From Myxococcales bacterium (GTDB lineage: Bacteria; Myxococcota; Myxococcia; Myxococcales; Anaeromyxobacteraceae): a DNA stretch of 20,672 bases. The first letter of the stretch is position 1. Each line of letters opens with the position of its first letter. The position numbers and the translations under genes were made by a program. This document shows, piece by piece, positions 15,905 through 20,672 of the stretch. The notes under the pieces were generated by a model. That model worked only from the letters and a program-made list of their open reading frames with translations, was not told where the DNA came from and did not search any database. The stretch lies in contig JBBQEB010000058.1 in the NCBI GenBank assembly GCA_038320275.1, forward strand, positions 1 to 20,672. Reading direction: 5' to 3'.

Positions 15905-18778
15905 TCACGCGCTCCGCTCGCTGGCGGGCCTCCGGCTCCGGTGATGGCGCAGGACCTTGCCGAGGTAGTGGCCGGTGGAGCTCTCCGAGACCTCCGCCAC
16001 CTGCTCCGGCGTGCCCTCCGCGATGACGAGCCCACCTGCGTCGCCCCCCTCAGGCCCCATGTCCACCACCCAGTCCGCGCACTTGATGACGTCGAGGTTG
16101 TGCTCGATCACCACCACCGAGTTGCCGCCCTCGACCAGCCGGTCCAGCACGTGGAGGAGCTTGCGCACGTCCTCGAAGTGCAGGCCGGTGGTCGGCTCGT
16201 CGAGGATGTAGAGGGTCTTGCCGGTCCCGACCCGCGCCAGTTCGCGCGAGAGCTTGATGCGCTGCGCCTCGCCGCCGGACAGGGTGGGGGAGGGCTGGCC
16301 CAGCTTGATGTAGCCCAGCCCCACGTCGTCGAGCGTCTGGAGGATGCGCAGGATCTCGCGGTGGTTGGAGAAGTGCCCCATGGCCTCGTGCACCGACATC
16401 TCCAGCACCTCGGCCACGTTCTTGCCCTTGAAGCCGACCCGCAGCGTCGCCTCGTTGAAGCGCTTGCCGCCGCAGACCTCGCAGGGCACCAGCACGTCGG
16501 CGAGGAAGTGCATTTCGACGAGCTTCATGCCGTCGCCCTGGCACGCCTCGCACCGCCCGCCCTTCACGTTGAAGCTGAACCGGCCCGGCTGGTACCCGAA
16601 GGCGCGCGCCTCCGGCGTCTGCGCGAAGACCTCCCGCACCCAGTCGAAGACCTTGGTGTACGTCGCCGGGTTCGACCGCGGCGTGCGGCCGATGGGCTGC
16701 TGGTTGATGTCGATGACCTTGTCGATGACCTCGTAGCCGAGGATGGCCTGGTGCTTCCCGGGCATCTCGCGCGTGCCGTAGAGCAGCCGCATGAGCGCCG
16801 GCCGCAGGATGGCGTTCACCAGCGTGGACTTCCCCGCGCCGGAGACGCCCGTCACCGCCGTGAGCGTGCCCAGCGGGAACTTCACCGTCAGGTCCTTGAG
16901 GTTGTTGGCGGTCGCCCCGGCCACGGTGATGGCGCCCTTGGGAGGGCGGCGTCGCTCCGGCACCTCGATCTCGCGGCGGCCGGATAGATAGGCCCCGGTG
17001 AGCGAGGCCGGGTTCGCCTTCACCTCGGCCGGCGTCCCCTGCGCGACCACGCGCCCGCCGTGCTCGCCCGCGCCCGGCCCGAAGTCGACGAGCCAGTCCG
17101 CCTCCTCCATGGTCTCCTCGTCGTGCTCGACGACGATGACGGAGTTTCCGATGTCGCGCAGCCGCTTCAGCGTGGCGAGCAGCTTGCCGTTGTCGCGCTG
17201 GTGCAGTCCGATGGAGGGCTCGTCCAGGATGTAGATGACGCCCGTCAGCTCGGAGCCCATCTGCGAGGCGAGCCGGATGCGCTGGCTCTCACCGCCCGAG
17301 AGCGACGGTCCCGGCCGCTCCAGGGTGAGATATCCGAGCCCCACGTCGAGGAGGAACTTGAGCCGGTTGCCGATCTCTTTCAGGAGCTCCTCGGCGATGC
17401 GGATCTGCGTGCCCGTGAGCTCCAGGCCCCCGAGCCAGGCGTGCGCCTGGACGATGGTGAGCCGGGAGACGTCGACGATACCCTTGCCCAGCACCCGCAC
17501 CGCGCGGCTCTCCGGCTTGAGCCGCTCGCCCGAGCAGGTGGGGCAGGGCTTGTCGGAGAAGTAACGCAGGTAGTGGCGCCGCATCGCCTCCGAGCCGGTG
17601 GCCTTCAGCCGGCGGTGAAGCTGGTTCACCACGCCTTCCCACACGATGCGAGCCCGGACCGTCCCCTCGTTGCCGTACATGACGAGCCGCTGCTGCGCCT
17701 GGCCGAGCTTCGCCCAGGGCGTGTCGAGGTCGAGCCCGAGGGAGCGCGACAGGTGCTCCACGAACTCGAAGGTCCACCCCTCGCCCTTCTCCATCCCGCT
17801 CGCCCAGGGCTCGACGGCGCCCTCGCGGATGGTGCGCGACGGGTCGGGGATGATGAGGTCGGGGTCCATCTCGGCGCGCGTGCCGAGCCCCTGGCACTCC
17901 GGGCAGGAGCCCATCGGCGAGTTGAAGGAGAAGTTCTGCGGCGCGAGCTCGCCGAAAGAGAGCCCGCAGACGTGGCAGGAGCTCTGCTCCGAAAAGAACC
18001 GATCGTGCGTCTTGTACTCCTCCGGATCGACACCCGGCCCCACCTTCTGCTCGCGGGCGACGTCCGCCAGGATGAGGGTGCCCTTGCCCTCGCGCAGCGC
18101 GGTCTCGACGGAATCGGTGAGGCGCGAGCGGAGGTCGGGCTTCACCACCAGGCGATCGATGACGAGCTCGATGTCGTGCTTGAGCTTCTTGTCGAGCGCG
18201 AGCCGCTCCTCCAGCGAGTGCACCACGCCGTCCACGCGGACGCGCGCGAAGCCGCGCTTGTGGGCATCCCCGAGGAGGTCCCGGTACTCGCCCTTGCGAT
18301 TCTGGACGAGGGGGGCGAGGAGGAGGACGCGCGAGCCCTCCGGCATCGCCAGGATGGCGTCGACGATCTGCTGGGCGGTCTGCTTGCCCACCGGGCGCCC
18401 GCACTTCGGACAGTGCTGAACGCCGATGGACGCGTAGAGGACGCGCAGGTAGTCATGGACCTCGGTGATGGTCCCCACCGTGGAGCGCGGGTTGTTGGAG
18501 GCGGCCTTCTGCTCGATGGAGATGGTGGGCGAGAGGCCGCGGATGGTGTCGTACTTGGGCTTTTCCATCTGCCCGAGGAACTGGCGGGCGTAGGACGACA
18601 GCGACTCGACGTACCGGCGCTGGCCCTCGGCGTAGAGGGTATCGAAAGCGAGCGAGCTCTTGCCGGACCCCGACACGCCCGTGAAGACCACCAGCTTCTT
18701 CTTGGGGATCTCGAGCTCGACGGACTTCAGGTTGTGCTCGCGCGCCCCCTTGACGATGATGGATTCGGGCTCGCTCAT
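15905..18778 (-). CDS. uvrA: Excinuclease ABC subunit A
   Basis: GAREHNLK, two Walker A motifs (GVSGSGKSS, GVSGAGKST), two LSGGE signatures, LDEPSIGLH and LDEPTTGLH, zinc modules and TPRSNPATY; 957 aa. Confidence 0.98.
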   Translation of the reverse strand: MSEPESIIVKGAREHNLKSVELEIPKKKLVVFTGVSGSGKSSLAFDTLYAEGQRRYVESLSSYARQFLGQMEKPKYDTIRGLSPTISIEQKAASNNPRSTVGTITEVHDYLRVLYASIGVQHCPKCGRPVGKQTAQQIVDAILAMPEGSRVLLLAPLVQNRKGEYRDLLGDAHKRGFARVRVDGVVHSLEERLALDKKLKHDIELVIDRLVVKPDLRSRLTDSVETALREGKGTLILADVAREQKVGPGVDPEEYKTHDRFFSEQSSCHVCGLSFGELAPQNFSFNSPMGSCPECQGLGTRAEMDPDLIIPDPSRTIREGAVEPWASGMEKGEGWTFEFVEHLSRSLGLDLDTPWAKLGQAQQRLVMYGNEGTVRARIVWEGVVNQLHRRLKATGSEAMRRHYLRYFSDKPCPTCSGERLKPESRAVRVLGKGIVDVSRLTIVQAHAWLGGLELTGTQIRIAEELLKEIGNRLKFLLDVGLGYLTLERPGPSLSGGESQRIRLASQMGSELTGVIYILDEPSIGLHQRDNGKLLATLKRLRDIGNSVIVVEHDEETMEEADWLVDFGPGAGEHGGRVVAQGTPAEVKANPASLTGAYLSGRREIEVPERRRPPKGAITVAGATANNLKDLTVKFPLGTLTAVTGVSGAGKSTLVNAILRPALMRLLYGTREMPGKHQAILGYEVIDKVIDINQQPIGRTPRSNPATYTKVFDWVREVFAQTPEARAFGYQPGRFSFNVKGGRCEACQGDGMKLVEMHFLADVLVPCEVCGGKRFNEATLRVGFKGKNVAEVLEMSVHEAMGHFSNHREILRILQTLDDVGLGYIKLGQPSPTLSGGEAQRIKLSRELARVGTGKTLYILDEPTTGLHFEDVRKLLHVLDRLVEGGNSVVVIEHNLDVIKCADWVVDMGPEGGDAGGLVIAEGTPEQVAEVSESSTGHYLGKVLRHHRSRRPASERSA

Positions 18779-18867
18779 GGAGGGCCATCCTTAATGGCGC
18801 AGAGCCCCTCCAGCCATGCGCCGGCGCGGGCCCACCCGCACGCGCCCCGCGCCCACGGGCGGGCCGC

Positions 18868-19779
18868 GTGAGCCCGCGCGCCCTGGCCCGGCTCGAGCTC
18901 GTCGGCTCCTCCCTGTGCTTCGGCCTCATGGCCGTCCTGGCACGCCGGCTATCGCGGGGGGTGGGCGGATTCACCGCGGGTCACCTCTCGGTGGTGCGCT
19001 TCGTGGTGGGCGCGATCCTCTCGCTGGCGGCGTTCCGGCTCCGGCCGGGGCTCTACCGCCCGGGGAACGTAAGGCTCCTGGTGACGCGCGGGATCTCGGG
19101 CGGCATCGTGGTGGTGCTCTACTTCGCCGCGCTCTCGCGCATCCCAGCCGGCGAGGCGGGGCTCCTCTACAACCTCTTTCCCATCCTCGCGACGGGGATG
19201 TCGGTCTTCACCTTCGGCGAGCGGCCCACGGTGCACCTCCTCCTCGCGCTTCTGCTGTCGACGGGAGGGGTGGCGCTGGTGCTGGGGGAAGGGTCCTTGC
19301 GGGTGGGGCTCGGGGGGGGGGAGGCCGCGGCGCTGGGGGCCGCCGTGTTCGCGGCGGCGAGCGCCAATGTCATCCGGGCCATGCGCGGCACCGAGAACGC
19401 GATGACGATCTTCTTCTGGTTCTGCCTGGCGGGCCTCCCGGTGGTGATGCCGTTCGCGCTCGCGCCATGGCCCGCGGATCCCTGGGCCTGGGGAGGCGCG
19501 CTCCTCGTCGGCCTCGCAGCCTTTGGCGCGCAGCTCCTCATGACGCAGGCCTACGGAGTGCTCTCGGTGCCCGAGGCCTCCGTGTGGCTGCAGCTCACGC
19601 CCATCGCGCAGTTCGCCCTCGCCGTGCCGCTCCTCGGCGAGCGGCCTCAGCTCGCCGCGCTGGCAGGCGCCGTGCTCGGGGTCGCCGGCGTCGCGTACGG
19701 GACGGTGCTCGGCAAGCGAGCGCCGACCGCCGACCCCTCAAGGGCTCCTGGCATTCCGCGCGCGGGAGGTCAACCGTAG
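18868..19779 (+). CDS. EamA/DMT family transporter
   Basis: About 10 hydrophobic segments in two repeats, each with the typical '(F/L)GERP' motif (VFTFGERP, PLLGERP). Confidence 0.88.
   Translation: MSPRALARLELVGSSLCFGLMAVLARRLSRGVGGFTAGHLSVVRFVVGAILSLAAFRLRPGLYRPGNVRLLVTRGISGGIVVVLYFAALSRIPAGEAGLLYNLFPILATGMSVFTFGERPTVHLLLALLLSTGGVALVLGEGSLRVGLGGGEAAALGAAVFAAASANVIRAMRGTENAMTIFFWFCLAGLPVVMPFALAPWPADPWAWGGALLVGLAAFGAQLLMTQAYGVLSVPEASVWLQLTPIAQFALAVPLLGERPQLAALAGAVLGVAGVAYGTVLGKRAPTADPSRAPGIPRAGGQP
19312..19321 (+). repeat. G10 homopolymer inside the EamA gene
   Basis: CTC-GGG-GGG-GGG-GAG gives ten consecutive G. Confidence 0.9.
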
Positions 19780-19823
19780 GTATGCATCTTGACCGCAGTC
19801 AACCTTCAACAAGGAGTGAATGA

Positions 19824-20321
19824 ATGAGCGCAGCACGGATCCTCGTCATCGGTGCGTTGATCGTCGGAGCAGGCAGCGCCCAGGCCGTCGAGGTCGGCAC
19901 GAACAAGGGCGGGTACGGCACGGCAGGCTGCGGCCTCGGCTCCCTCGTCTTCGGAGACCAGAGGGGCGCCATCCAGATCCTGGCGGCGACGACGAACGGC
20001 ACGTTCGGTAGCCAGACCTTCGGAATCACCTTCGGCACCTCCAACTGCGGCACCAGCGCCGTCGGGACGGCCGGGACGAAGACCTTCATCGAGGGCAACC
20101 GCGAGGCGCTGGCGAAGGACGCGGCGCGCGGCTCCGGGGAGACCATCAGCACCCTCTCCAATCTGGCCGGCTGCAAGGATTCGAGCGCGGTGGGTGTCGT
20201 GCTGCAGAAGAACTTCAGCTCCCTCTTCCCGGGCCAGGCCGCCCCGGTCGAGCAGGTCTCGGGCGCCGTGATGTCGACGCTCCGCAGCGACAAGTCGCTC
20301 GCCTGCAGCTCCATCGGCTAA
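19824..20321 (+). CDS. DUF3015-family exported protein
   Basis: Signal peptide (…AGSAQA), [29 protein letters not shown] and [11 protein letters not shown] motifs; SD AAGGAG at 19811-19816. Confidence 0.88.
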   Translation: MSAARILVIGALIVGAGSAQAVEVGTNKGGYGTAGCGLGSLVFGDQRGAIQILAATTNGTFGSQTFGITFGTSNCGTSAVGTAGTKTFIEGNREALAKDAARGSGETISTLSNLAGCKDSSAVGVVLQKNFSSLFPGQAAPVEQVSGAVMSTLRSDKSLACSSIG

Positions 20322-20328
20322 GCTCCCT

Positions 20329-20362
20329 CGCCGCGGGGGCCGGGTACCGGCTCCCCGCGGCG
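20329..20362 (+). terminator. Strong hairpin between the DUF3015 gene and the next gene
   Basis: 15-bp GC stem with one bulged T: CGCCGCGGGGGCCGG-GTA-CCGGCTCCCCGCGGCG; no U tract directly after it. Confidence 0.5.
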
Positions 20363-20365
20363 CGC

Positions 20366-20672
20366 ATGTCCTTTTCCAGAGCTCTTCTCGCGGCGCTCGC
20401 CGCGGCCCTCGCCCTGCCGGTCGCGCCCCTGCGCGCCGGGGAGCCCGATCCCAGCTACCTCCCCGAGCTTCTCACCGCCGCCCGCGCGCGTAGCATCGCG
20501 CAGGGGCGCCCCTGGATGCGGCTCGGGCACTGGCAGCCGCGCCTCTTCCGCGCGCCCGACGGCCAGGCGGACGGGCCGGCTTTCTTTCTCGCTCCCGATG
20601 GAAAAGGTGATCCAGCGGCGGAGCTGGAGGCGACGCTGCGCGCCTTCTTCGCCCCCGAGCCGCTGGCCCCGG
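20366..20672 (+). CDS. N-terminus of a probable DUF4105-domain exported protein (runs off the window)
   Basis: Open frame from ATG 20366: signal-like MSFSRALLAALAAALALPVAPLRA, then WMRLGHW...DGPAFFLAPDGKGDPAAELEATLRAFF. I recognise this as the N-terminal motif of the large DUF4105 proteins that neighbour DUF3015 genes. Confidence 0.75.
   Translation, partial: MSFSRALLAALAAALALPVAPLRAGEPDPSYLPELLTAARARSIAQGRPWMRLGHWQPRLFRAPDGQADGPAFFLAPDGKGDPAAELEATLRAFFAPEPLAP

Noticed and set aside
18779..18867. Possible LexA box upstream of uvrA
   Set aside because: I found no match to E. coli-type (CTGT-N8-ACAG), Gram-positive (GAAC-N4-GTTC) or Myxococcus-type (…GTTCAG) SOS boxes.

Overview
A very GC-rich, core-chromosomal window that reads like an Anaeromyxobacter-type myxobacterium (inferred from gene content and order). 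The + strand carries the tail of the translation cluster (DUF503-like fragment, rbfA, truB, rpsO, pnp), then dut and purB. purC converges on purB and diverges from a TrmJ-family methyltransferase. A long minus-strand block (8069-14954) encodes, in transcription order: a 400-aa hypothetical protein, a Nudix hydrolase, an AMMECR1/AmrA protein, an RseP-like site-2 protease, a MoaD-MoaE fusion, a stand-alone receiver, a membrane HAMP + HD-GYP phosphodiesterase, a HAD phosphatase, a small membrane protein and a tandem CCCH zinc-finger protein. Next come a 68-aa signal-peptide-bearing Cys-rich peptide, rubrerythrin, uvrA, an EamA/DMT transporter, a DUF3015 protein and the start of a DUF4105-type protein. 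I saw no mobile element, CRISPR array, tRNA or rRNA. Three signals stand out. (1) The HD-GYP enzyme has RPYQ in place of the usual RxxR/K motif, the signature reported for the 3',3'-cGAMP-selective PmxA; it has no sensor domain and is coupled to a receiver and a HAD phosphatase. (2) The exported 7-Cys peptide has Cys spacing resembling fungal copper metallothionein and its own sigma70-like promoter. (3) A perfect FNR-type box sits at class II (-41.5) spacing upstream of rubrerythrin. All family calls come from motif recognition by eye; no database search was run.
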